In this document: piece after piece, positions 51,637 to 64,000 of the stretch | Position numbering within the stretch: the stretch's first letter is position 1 | Layout: each line of letters starts with the position of its first letter | NCBI RefSeq assembly: GCF_006345805.1 | Contig: NC_042997.1 | Span: 38,564,001 to 38,628,000 of the forward strand | Direction: 5' to 3' | Source: Octopus sinensis | Lineage: Eukaryota | Length of the DNA stretch: 64,000 nucleotides | Program-made: the position numbers and the translations under genes | Notes under the pieces: model-generated | The model's database searches: none | What the model saw: the letters and a program-made list of their open reading frames with translations, nothing else | What the model was told of the DNA's origin: nothing

Positions 51637-52302
51637 TTTATCTTAACAACCGCGCCTAATCGCGTATTATTTGTTTTATTCTTTATCTATACTCTTGCCA
51701 CCCTGGCACCGGAATTTCAACTTCATTACTTCGTAAGGAAGGCTTTCATTTCATTTGCTACCTCCACTCCTTTCCCCCGTACCTATTTTCTTTCTTTAAA
51801 AAAAAATACCCGCGTTAAAACACACCATTTCCTCTCTAATGAAGTTTGCTGGAAATGAAATTCAATGGTCACTTAACCAAACTTTGCATCCACCCATCAT
51901 TCTTCCGTGGCTGGAGTTAATAAATTCTTCATTTTTCTCCTTGCCACAATAATTTGTGTACCACAGATAACGGTACCTGAACAAAACTCAAGCTAAATAA
52001 ATTGGTTTTGCCTATCACATGTCAGCTTTTCTAAGAAACATATGTAATACGAGTTTACCTTATCCATTCCCTACACCTGTCAATTTATAATCACATAATT
52101 AGGAATTTTTGTTGTTAAACAGTGAATTGTATTACTGTAGTCATCTTGAAATCTTCATCCAATTCGATATGGGACGAAGTGTATAACATGGTGATAGATA
52201 AACATTTTTAACCGAGTATCATTTACTTTATATCATCTATACAAACAACATATATGCTTGATGTTAGCGGCTTCTATACCAAGAAGGTCATTTTGAATCG
52301 CA

Positions 52303-52387
<85 letters not shown>

Positions 52388-52467
52388 ATGTATATATATA
52401 TAAATTATATACACGTTATATGAATGTATATGTATGTATAATATATATATATATATATATGTATATA

Positions 52468-52828
52468 TGTAAGTAGCTTGTTTACCAACCACATGGTTCA
52501 GGTTCAGTCCCACTGCGTGGCACCGGGGCAAGTGTCTTCTACTATAGCCTCGGGCCGACCAAAGCCTTGTGAGTGGATTTGGTAGATGGAAACTGAAAAG
52601 AAGCCCGTCATATATATATATATATATATATGTATATATGCGTTTGTGTGTCTGTGTTTGTCCCCATAGCGTTACTTAGCGGTTTGGCAAAATGAGACCG
52701 ATAGAATAAGTACTGGGCTTACAAAAGAATAAGTCCCGGGGTCGAGTTGCTCGATTAAAAAAGGCGGTGCTCCAGCATGGCCGCAGTCAAATGACTGAAA
52801 CAAGTAAAAGAGTAAAAGAGTAAAGAGT
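52468..52828 (+). mobile_element. SINE family A copy (5'-truncated, internally deleted)
   Basis: Match to family A. Confidence 0.85.
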
Positions 52829-53179
52829 ATATATATATACATATGTATTATATGCATGCATGCAAGCATACGTACTTACATATATGTATATACACAGGCA
52901 TACACATACATATCATAGCCACGTATATATGTGTGATTGTTTGCCAACAGGGGATGGAAAATTTACCGATTGAATGAACAAATGCTGACAACAGTCAAAT
53001 TTATTGTAGAATTTGTCTTGTCTGCGTTTACATATTTCATCTTACTTATTATCCAATTAGTCTGATTCTATAAGACATCTGGCGATGCATAAGCCGTGAA
53101 ATCCCAATTAATATGAAGTTTATCACGTTTGTACATGCACGTGCGTGCGGCGCGCGCGCCCGTACATGTGTTGCGAGTG

Positions 53180-53529
<350 letters not shown>

Positions 53530-53896
53530 TTTATTATAGTGAGGTTTTGAATAAGCAAATGAAGTTCCTGCCGGCCATAGAGTAATGATGCTGTTTAATA
53601 AAGCTCCTGTTGGCCTTCTAATGATGCTGACTGATGAGCCAGTTGTTTGGGGGTTTCATCGAGTTGTACCGATATAATGTAGGATAAATGTAATAATGAT
53701 AACAGTAATTCTTGGATGGAATTCATAAACATTTACTGCTTCGCTCCGTGCGTTTCCGAAACTCACGTGTCACTTAAGATGACACGCCGTGTTCCTAGTA
53801 TGATGATGATATTGTAGTCCATTGTATGCTTGGGTACTTGGTTGCTCACCTTTGAGGGTTCATTTCTTCGGGCTATATAATATTCATGGATGTATA

Positions 53897-54310
53897 GGCG
53901 CAGAGTGGCTGTGTGGTAAGTAGCTTGCTAACCAACCACATGGTTCCGGGTTCAGTCCCACTCTGTGGCACCTTGGGCAAGTGTCTTCTACTATAGCCTC
54001 GGGCTGACCAATGCCTTGTGAGTGGATTTGGTAGACGGAAACTGAAAGAAGCCTGTTGTATATATGTATATATATATGTGTGTATGTGTGTGTGTTTGTG
54101 TGTCTGTGTTTATCCCCCTAGCATTGCTTGACAACCGATGCTGGTGTGTTTACGGTCCCCCTTCACTTAGGGTTCGGCAAAAGAACCGATAGAATAAGTA
54201 CTGGCTTACAAAGAATAAGTCCTGGGGTCGATTTGCTCGATTAAAGGCGGTGCTCCAGCATGGCCGCAGTCAATGACGGAAGCAAGTAAAAGAGTAAAAG
54301 AGTAAAGAGT
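53897..54310 (+). mobile_element. SINE family A copy
   Basis: Full-length match to other family A copies. Confidence 0.9.
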
Positions 54311-54810
54311 ACAACAGAGAGATACTTGCCCCTTTTGACCAGTATAAAGGTTGACTGAATTATATGACTCAGTCAAACTTCATACAGGTCAAAAGGAATA
54401 AGCGTCCCTCGGTTGTACATCCATTAATGTTATATCGCCTGAAGAAATTAATCCATGAATGTGATCAGCCCAATGCCCATAGATACAACGGAGTACATTG
54501 TAATCATTCCAGGAATACGGACAGTGGTTTTAAGAGACATGTGATTTGTAGAAACGCGCATAGCGATACATTAAATGTTTATAAATTCCATCACAGGATG
54601 ATTATTATCATTATTACTGTTGTTGCTGTTGATGTTGTTGCTGCTGCTGCTGCTGTTGTTGTTGTTGTTATTATTATTATTATTATCATTGTCTTTGCAC
54701 AGATTCTAACGCTGGAGATGTACTGCAATGTCAGCTGTTCACTACCAGTGAACAAAGATAACTCCCCTTATTTTTTACATACAATGCAATGTGGTTTTCT
54801 TCTGCTCTAA

Positions 54811-55330
54811 TTCTGTCTTCGCATCCAATCTGTCCTCTTCATTCTCTTTTTCGTGGTGCATAGAGTCTGCCTGCTTCACTTTTTGGGTGGAGTATCCCAC
54901 ATCTAGTCATCAACTTCCTTGTCTTTCTGTCTAAGCTGTTTAGTTCGTCCAGTGTCCATGTCATTACCCCTGCTCCATATCTAAGGAACGAAACTGCGTA
55001 GGTGTTGATAGCTTCAATCTTATTCCGTCTGTTTAATTTCGACTTAAGGATCAGTCTTGGTCTGCGTAAGTATCTTAAATTTTTCTGTAATTTCTTTCTC
55101 CATCAATTTATCCATTTCCAAAATCCCCAAGTACTTATAGCCCGTCTCTTCTATCTGCTTCATAACCTCCCTCGACGGTATCACTAGCCCGTCCATACGT
55201 TTAATTTTGCCTCTCTTCACAACTAACACACCACACTATTTCAGTCCGAACTCCATTCTGATATCAGCACTAAAAGTATACACCGTATCAACGAGGGAAC
55301 TGACAAAGTTTGAGGTCATCCATCAATAAC
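54811..55330 (-). mobile_element. Decayed R4/Dong-like RT fragment near (TAA)n
   Basis: Minus translation gives DIRMEFGLK*CGVLVVKRGK...GYKYLGILE...ILKSKLNRRNKIEAINTYAV...LDRKTRKLMT; (TTA)n at 55368-55508. Confidence 0.75.
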
Positions 55331-55374
55331 AAGTGGTTGAATGTTTGCTGGCGGCTCTTGAATACGTATTATTA

Positions 55375-55415
<41 letters not shown>

Positions 55416-55420
55416 TATCA

Positions 55421-55471
<51 letters not shown>

Positions 55472-55642
55472 CATTAATATTATTATTATTATTATCATTA
55501 TTATTATTACATGTTAGGTCACTGAACTCAACAGACTTTTCTTTTCTATTTTTTCTTATCCCTTTCTGTCGAGCGTCAAACTAATACACTTGTTTGTGGA
55601 TCCTACACCTGCCTTCGTCTTCATTTTTCTATAACTTTGAAC

Positions 55643-55673
<31 letters not shown>

Positions 55674-56441
55674 ATATATACAGAGAGAGAGAGAGTGAGA
55701 GCATATTCTCAATATAAAATAGTGTACATTTAAACACAAGAGAAAACTACCTTTAACAGGTAATTTTTACATCAATTTATATCGAGAATATGTTGTCTAT
55801 TGACTTTTATACATGCTAGGCCACTGGTGGTGAAATTTCTAAAACTATTCTCCACCCTATATACATTTCACGTGTGTGTATTTATATATATATATATATA
55901 CACATACACACACATGACAGAAGTAAATAGACACGCTTATAATCATTAAAATATATTTAAACCTTAAATTATACATTCAAATTATTTATCTATTGTTATA
56001 ATGTGAATATTTAATATATAGTAGGTCTGCCCATTACATTTTACTGTGTTACTAATCAGAAGAAGAATATTCTCTTGCGGAATTTCCTTCCGCGTTTCAT
56101 ACAGTATTGTCAAAAGTTCTGGCTTCGAAGATGCTTTCTTGTACTTTTTGTGAACTACCTGTTCATTATGACCCAGAACAACGGAACAACCTGCTCGTGA
56201 AATTAATGGATATGTGGCTGAGCACTCCACAGACTTAGTTCTCAGGGAGATTCAGCGACACAGAATGTGACATGACTGACCCTTTGAAATACAAGTACTC
56301 CACATTTTGCCCAACTGAGTGGACTGAAGCAACGTGAAATAAAGTGTCTTGCTCAAGGATACAAAGCGCCATCGGGAATCGAACTCACGACCTTACGATT
56401 ATGAGCCGACTGTTCTAACCACCAAACTATACGCCTTCACT

Positions 56442-57063
56442 CATACATACATACATACATACATACATACATACATACATACATACATACATACATACAT
56501 ACATACGTACGTAGATACATACATACATACATACATACATACATACATACATACATACATACATACACACGTACGTACATACATACATACATGCGTACAT
56601 ACGTACATACGTACACACGTACATACATACATACATACATACATACATACATACATACATACATACGTACGCACGCACGTACGTACATACATACATACAT
56701 ACATACATACATACGTACATACGTACATACATACATACCTACATACATACATACATACATACATACATACGTACATACGTAGATACATACATACATACAC
56801 ACGTACGTACATACATACATACATACATGCGTACATACGTACATACGTACACACGTACATACATACATACATACATACATACATACGTACGTACGTACGT
56901 ACGTACGTACGTACATACATACATACATACATACATACATACATACATACATACATACATGCATACATACATACGTACGTACGTACATACATACATACAT
57001 ACATACATACATACATACATACATACATACATACATACATACATACGTACATACGTACATACA

Positions 57064-57093
<30 letters not shown>
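56442..57093. repeat. (CATA)n/(CGTA)n compound microsatellite
   Basis: Directly visible. Confidence 0.95.
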
Positions 57094-57096
<3 letters not shown>

Positions 57097-57249
57097 GCGT
57101 GTCACCTACATCAGCAGCAACTGCCCCAAAATGTCTACGAGTTACTACCTACTCCTGAGCTATGATATACTTCCAAAGAGTATTTACAATGCTGTCAGCA
57201 AGAAGGCTTTGCTCTTACGTATATATCAAAGTCATGTCGGAACCATCAG

Positions 57250-57650
57250 GTATTAACAATTATAAATAAACAAGGAATACTAGTGGAACACCTCAATGAA
57301 AACATCATAGCAGCCCTGATTTTGTTCTGTTGGAGACAGAGAGCAAAAGTTATGCAATGTTGTAGTGGTTAGCTGCATAGTAGATGTGAATGTGCAACCA
57401 AAAGTCCAGGAAAAAGAGAACATTTACGGTAAATTAATGCAAAACTTACGATTATTGTACCCTATGAATTTTCATTTTACCAATCATCATGGGTGCATTA
57501 GGTTATGTACCAACAAATTTACACAAAAACCTAGAAATACTCGGTTTCACGGAGTAAGAGCAAAACAAACATACACTATTCTCCAAATCCAACTTATTAG
57601 TGGCACGATAAAGATTTGTAAGACGTTCAAAAAATTTTCTATCAGAAATT
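57250..57650 (+). mobile_element. Decayed restriction-like-endonuclease LINE C-terminal fragment
   Basis: PDFVL...EKENIYGKLMQNLRLLYP...PIIMGALGYV...SGTIKICKTF across frameshifts. Confidence 0.6.
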
Positions 57651-58345
57651 CTTATGTGAACAGTTACACACATTTGGGTGTATGCATCGACAGTTCACCC
57701 AATATACCAACCCAACTACATATTTACAAACTCCGGGAACTCTCTTAACCTAAAATGTCTTGTCGCTTTGTAAGCGACCGGCTTGAAAAATTCTCAAGAA
57801 CTTAAATAAACCATATGAGATGCATGTACGTGTAAGTCATAAAATAAGAATTATAGATTTCACGGCGATATTTTATATATAGTACATATATTATCTGATA
57901 TAGAACGCAATAGGCTCGATACATTTGGATAGATGTTGATATTACATCAAATATTGAGAGTTTGGTCTTTGGTTGTTCACGACGGGTAATAAACAGCCAA
58001 GAATAGACTGTTTACTTCTGTCATAGTAAATATATAATCTAAGTTTAGAAATAGAATTTAAAATATCGAGTTACGTGGAGCGACACTGAAAATAGCATGT
58101 TTAAGATTAACTTTTACTTTGTTTGATAGACATCTTTAAAAAGGAAATTTCGGTCATTTTTAAATTTTATGACTTCATACTTCATGAAACAAACACACAG
58201 AAGCAGAGACACATCGGTCAGACCCGGCATGTCTACACACCAGTACACCTACATGCATTCATGCACACACACACACACACGCACGCACAAACACACACAC
58301 AAAACAACGCACACACACACACGTACACACCCACACTTTTATATA

Positions 58346-58376
<31 letters not shown>

Positions 58377-58532
58377 GAGTGTGTGTGTATGTCTGTGTGT
58401 GCTTTATTTTTCATTCCCTTCGAAATTTTATCCCTAATAGTGGTTTGGAATTTAACTGTCCTCTCTAGCGTACAGGTAGTCCTATTATGGATACCTCTTA
58501 TGTGTTTAAATGTAAACTGTATTTATATATAT

Positions 58533-58564
<32 letters not shown>

Positions 58565-58590
58565 CATACATGTATACATACATATATACA

Positions 58591-58911
58591 CCCAATGTAT
58601 CCAGCGTAGCATATACAATTGTTCGCTCTTCATACATCTATGTAAAAGGCGGGCTTTTTTCGAATTGCATCTCGGTACAACGTGTTTATTCGGAATAAAA
58701 ATTCAGTACTGGATATACTCCAGTTAAATTTACATTTTTAAAAATAGGATAAAATCTTTATAAGATTTGTAAATTTAACCGAAGTATATTCAGTACTGAA
58801 TTTTTATTCCGAATAAACACGTTGTGCCGAGATGCAATTCGAAAAAAGCCCGCCTTTTACATAGATGTATAAAGGGTGAAGAATTCTATATGCTACGCTG
58901 GGTACATTGGG
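58591..58911. repeat. Inverted repeat with ~144-bp arms (58591-58734, 58768-58911) at the start of a (TA)n-flanked element
   Basis: Direct reverse-complement match; a degenerate HHR-like motif follows at 58967-59021. Confidence 0.88.
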
Positions 58912-59259
58912 AGTTCATCTGGTATCTTGATTTTTGTTCATTCGTTGTGAATCTTGGATTATGCTTGCACTGAAGATTAAGAAGTGCATTTCTGCACGAA
59001 TTATGAAATAATCTGGTTTGCGGCTAAATTCTGTTTTTAAAGGGCTCGCTTCGAGAGTTGCATTCCCTCACATTCGATACTACGTGTTTATTTATTTTGG
59101 TAGTTTTGACTTTAAGAGTCCCTCCTAGCGTGTGGCATTTATGTATAGTAATGCCCTCAATATAATACAAATAAATATATTTAAGAGAAAAATTGATGGA
59201 TTTTTCTCTTCTGAGGTTTTTCACGCTAACTACTTGATAAATTCTTATAAAGATTTCAT

Positions 59260-59347
<88 letters not shown>

Positions 59348-59499
59348 CAAAGAGCAATAAAGATTCAAGTTAATTTTAAAAAATTTACTTGAATATGGTA
59401 CCTAACTTAGATGCACCAAAAAAAAAAACTATACTGATTTAACAATACAGTAATGTGGGGTGATTATAAGCGAGAAAGAAGCAACAAGAATGGATAGGT

Positions 59500-59590
59500 T
59501 TTTAGTACGATCGTTTCATACAAGGACAGGTTTTATTAAAAGTTGCAAAGATTACAGCATATAAACGAGTCCCGTACTCATCAGCTAAAA
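59500..59590 (-). ncRNA. Type I hammerhead ribozyme in the left pseudo-LTR
   Basis: Minus strand reads TTTTAG-CTGATGA-GTAC...GTAT-GAAA-CGATCG-TA-CTAAAA; palindromic stem III ACGATCGT; long stem II insertion. Confidence 0.85.
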
Positions 59591-60511
59591 TACATGTAAG
59601 TTCTCTAGACATCCTAGTGTTTGAGGCTATACTCATGAAAAATAATGTAGATATTAAACAATTTCTAAAGTTCATTAAAGTTCTTTAAAGATGATGTACA
59701 GTCTTATCACAAATTTTAAAAAAGTTTTGATAGCATCACAGAGAAGGTGACCTAATCCATATGAATTTCCATAGATATGATGAGGGATTATATACTCACA
59801 GAAGACAAATTTATCCATTGTTAATTACAACGAGGTGGGTCTCAATTCCTGCTTATTAGCATTACAGAGAGGGAGAATTAATCCTTTGTATATATGCACA
59901 GATTCCAATGGTGTAGATGTAAATTTCCAGAGAAATGGAGATGAATTTCATATTCACAGGCGATAAATTTCACAATGGTTGAACACAATGAGGTAGGTAT
60001 CAATCCTTGTTATATGATTAGGTATTTGCCACATTAATCACATTACTGCTATTCACAAGAGGCAGTAGCTATTTAACTCTTAAAGGCTGAAGGGCTTACT
60101 AGATCGGCCAAGAATAGAGAAGGGAATAGAAGAAAAGAGAGAAATAATGGAGGAGGGAGCAAAAAGGGGGGGGAGGAAAGGGGGACTAAAAGAGAAGAGA
60201 AAAGGAAACAGAGAATAAGAAGAAAAAAGAAAAAGAGAAAAGAAAAGAAATAGGGAAAGAAGGGAAAAAAGAAAAAGAAAAAAAGAGGGTTCTAGTTATA
60301 CAGAAGAGTTAGTAGACTGTAAGTCTGGTTTTAATCAACAGACATCTAGGAACTAGAGGAGAATATTATTCTTTGACCAGTAAACCGTTAATTTATTGCT
60401 GTTGAAATCAGCTATGAGTTTAAAGAGAATCTAAAGAGATAACATAGTCAGGGGTTAAGGGGTCAGATGCTAAAATCACCAGAAAATACATTAGGAAAAT
60501 CTAAGTATAAT

Positions 60512-62315
60512 CTTAGGCGCATATCTATTAAAATGCATAAGCAAGGATATCCCAGAAATACAGGGGGGTCTATATAGGGATGATGCTCTGTTTGTTATCC
60601 CTAGTAATAATAAATCTGTTATAGAAAGGATTAGAAAGAAAATTAATAAGTTCTTTAAGGATTTCAACCTCAGTATAACGTATGAACCGGGCACTAAAAT
60701 AGCTAATTTCCTAGATATTACCCTAGACCTTAACTCCAAGCTACATTACCCATTTAGAAAGGAAGGCGAAGTCACGAATTACGTAAATAAATTATCAATC
60801 ATCCCCCAATATAATAGAATCTTTAGTAAGAAATATTTCATTAAGAATTTCAAAATTATCATCCAATAAGGATATATTTAACTCCCATTCTGAGCATTAT
60901 AATGCGGCGTTTAACTAAGGCTGGATACAACCAAAAGATTACATTCGTTGATAAGGAGAACTCACGTATTCCTAATAATGAAGTTATCAGTAATCACGTA
61001 AGCAGCAAAAAAGACCAAGCCCGAAATAAAAGTAGAATTAAATTAACGGTAAACGCTAATCTAGAGTACAGGCCCAACAATTCAAATAGAAGCATTGACC
61101 AGAACATAGGTAACTCGGATAAGATTGAAGTAGATAACCTAAGATGCACACCAATAAGAATAAAAATAATGGTAATAAATACAATACTCCGGTGAGATGA
61201 ATAGTAGTAATTCTACGAACCCTAAATTTTATAAAAAAGATATATTATGGCTGAATATTCCTTTCAACTGTGCGATACAATCGGATATACAGAACAAATT
61301 CAAAGTGATTCTGGAAAAAAATTTTCCCTATCTCTCATAGATATCATAGAATTATTTCTAGGAAAACAGTTAGGATTTCTTATTCAACCCTCCCAAATAT
61401 GTCCACTTTAATAGCTAAAATTAATAATAACAACATTAAACTACCAGGAAAGATAGAAATAAAATAATAATATCAGAATGAATACCAATAGCAATAACAA
61501 TAATACACCAACAATAAAACAGCAATAGGAACTATCAAAACATAGGTGAAATTAGTAACCACAGAATGACTAATAACATTAACATTAATAGTATAATAAC
61601 AATGCCGATATTAATAGAAGTAATATTGTTAATAATAGAAATAATAGAAATAAGGCTAATGGAGAAAATAGGGAGAATGAAAATATCTGTGATATCTATA
61701 CAATAATATACAGTTGGATAAAAGACTAACAATAATAATAACATTACGAATAATATAAGAAATCTTGGTAGGACTTTACACCTAATGATGAAACAGAAGG
61801 ATCAATAAATAATAACAATACTTAGATATCAGCACCAACTATAGAAATGATAATCAAAATAATAGGAACCTTAAACATCTACCCAGGAATAATCCAAGGC
61901 CTGAAGTTGTTCCTCCTGTGTGTAAGTGTAGAATAAAATCAAAATGCCCGGCACCTGGTCTATGTAGGGAAAATAATGTAATCTATAAATGTACCATATC
62001 CACGGAGAATAACAAATATTTTTACATTGGCTGTACAATTAATTTTTAGCCAGAGTTAGAAATCACATCTCGACTTTAAATTACGTCATAAAGCTGGTAC
62101 CACCACACTTTCAAACAAAATTGGGACTCAAAAATAATAATAAAATTATACCCTTAATTGGGAAATAGTTAGGAGAGCAATTCCGTATAAAAATAGTAGG
62201 GTTGGTTGTCAACTATGCTCCATGGAGACGTACGAAATTCTAAAGCATAGTAAACATAGAAATTATTGAATAACCATATCGAACTAGGTCAAGTTTGTGT
62301 CCACGCTAATTGAAG
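60512..62315 (+). pseudogene. Penelope-like RT C-terminal half + zinc finger + GIY-YIG endonuclease (frameshifted)
   Basis: Manual translation gives GGLYRDDALF...NFLDITLDL...YNAA; KKDILWLNIPFN...RISYSTLPNM; CKCRIKSKCPAPGLCRENNVIYKC...YFYIGCT; WEIVRRAIPY...CQLCSME...LLN. Confidence 0.88.
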
Positions 62316-63769
62316 ACTTTAAAATATTTTAATGATTGGAATATTCATAACTAGATAGATAGATATAACTTGATTTCTACTAGTATAGCACTGCTTTAAG
62401 TAGATAACTAAGAGTTCTCACATTACATTTATCTTTATCTTTTTCCTTATATCTGCATCAGTTTTTTGAGAACAGGGAAATGAATAGTACTTATTCGCTA
62501 CTTAATTGAGGCTTTATTTAATTTCAAACTCACAATTTTTAAATTCTTAATTTTAAATCTTAATTGTAATATTTAATTTTAATTCCTAACTTAATCTAAT
62601 TTAAATAGCATAACTCTAATAAATTATAATTAGTTACTGTAGCCCCATAATTCTATTTCATAATTAAATAAATAAGGCTATTCCCTCGGTGATAATATGA
62701 TTATCTTCATTATGATAGACAATCCCCTAACACCTTGTAAATGATCTTATAAGATTTGACCTGTAGTCAGTCAATGTATGAATAATAACGACAACTCCTT
62801 AAGACAATAAAATGAATAAATTAAATAAGTAAATTTTTAATGACTTTTTGATAAGATTATACTTAGATTTTCCTAATGTATTTTCTGGTGATTTTAGCAT
62901 CTGACCCCTTAACCCCTGACTATTTATCTCTTTAGATTCTCTTTAAACTCATAGCTGATTTCAACAGCAATAATTAACGGTTTACTGGTCAAAGAATAAT
63001 ATCCTCCTCTAGTTCCTAGATGCCTGTTGATTAAAAAGACTTACAGTCTACTAACTCTTCTGTATAACTAGAACCCTCTTTTTTTTTTCTTTCTTTTTTC
63101 CCTTCTTTCCCTATTTCTTTCTCTTTTCTCTTTTTCTTTTTCTTCTTCTTATTCTCTGTTTCCTTTTCTTCTTCTCTTTTAGTCCCCCTTTCCCCCCCCC
63201 CTTTTTGCTCCCTCCTCCATTATTTCTCTCTTTTCTTCTATTCCCTTCTCTATTCTTGGCCGATCTAGTAAGCCCTTCAGCCTTAAGAGTTAAATAGCTA
63301 CTGCCTCTTGTGAATAGCAGTAATGTGATTAATGTGGCAAATACCTAATCATATAACAAGGATTGATACCTACCTCATTGTGTTCAACCATTGTGAAATT
63401 TATCGCCTGTGAATATGAAATTCATCTCCATTTCTCTGGAAATTCATCTACACCATTGGAATCTGTGCATATATACAAAGGATTAATTCTCCCTCTCTGT
63501 AATGCTAATAAGCAGGAATTGAGACCCACCCGTTGTAATTCATGGAATAAATTTGTCTTCTGTGAGTATATAATCCCTCATCATATCTATGGAAATTCAT
63601 ATGGATTAGGTCACCTTCTCTGTGATGCTATCAAAACTTTTTTAAATTCTGTGATAAGACTGTACATCATCTTTAAAGAACTTTAATGAACTTTAGAAAT
63701 CTGTTTAATTATCTACATTACTTCATGAGTATAGCCTCAACACTAGGATGTCTAGAGAACTTACATGTA

Positions 63770-63857
63770 TTTTAGCTGATGAGTACGGACTCGTTCTATG
63801 CTGTAATCTTTGCAACTTTTAATAAAACCTGTCCTTGTATGAACGATCGTACTAAAA
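63770..63857 (+). ncRNA. Hammerhead ribozyme in the right pseudo-LTR (one A missing from GAAA)
   Basis: TTTTAG-CTGATGA-GTAC...GTAT-GAA-CGATCG-TA-CTAAAA; mirror of 59500-59590. Confidence 0.75.
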
Positions 63858-63887
63858 ACCTATCCATTCTTGTTGCTTCTTTCTCGC

Positions 63888-63928
<41 letters not shown>

Positions 63929-64000
63929 TGTATATATATATACATATATGGATGTATTGGTGTATATATATATATGTGTGTATTGGTGTATTTATGTATA

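Larger units (their letters stand above)
59343..63887 (+). mobile_element. Naiad-type Penelope-like retroelement, 5'-truncated, with an inverted ~1-kb pseudo-LTR, inserted in (TA)n
   Basis: 59470-60514 is the reverse complement of 62852-63887; internal RT and GIY-YIG coding remnants; hammerhead in each arm; (TA)n at 59263-59342 and from 63889. Confidence 0.9.

Noticed and set aside
53628-53778. Hammerhead from CTGATGAG (53631) and CGAAAC...GTC (53757)
   Set aside because: Stems I and II do not pair in register.
62290-62800. Selenocysteine TGA and SECIS element, as known for some Naiad elements
   Set aside because: The TGA at ~62311 is not at a conserved Cys position, and the nearby ATGA...AA...GA motifs lack a proper SECIS helix.

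Overview
AT-rich, microsatellite-saturated eukaryotic DNA with no confidently identifiable host gene. The SINE, Dong, Naiad and mariner complement resembles a coleoid cephalopod (Octopus-like) genome, which is an inference from repeat content. Main contents: at least five tRNA-derived SINE families; a ~4.5-kb array of a 58-bp satellite; mariner transposons (one full-length but decayed); two non-autonomous Helitrons; CR1-like, RTE-like and ORF1-only LINE relics; several restriction-like-endonuclease R4/Dong retrotransposons stacked in (TAA)n tracts; and a 5'-truncated Naiad-type Penelope-like element (RT + GIY-YIG) bracketed by ~1-kb inverted repeats. The most striking unexplained signal is a dense set of hammerhead ribozyme (HHR) motifs, read by eye. 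They include canonical, U3-A8 covariant, core-variant and decayed forms. They are carried by several short non-coding elements that have inverted-repeat arms and sit in (TA)n/(TG)n tracts, by a tRNA-headed SINE, and by a 218-bp GC-rich insert with a 25-bp flanking duplication whose HHR core blocks occur in a non-canonical order. Most listed ORFs are microsatellite or satellite artefacts. All ribozyme calls are structural predictions that have not been tested.
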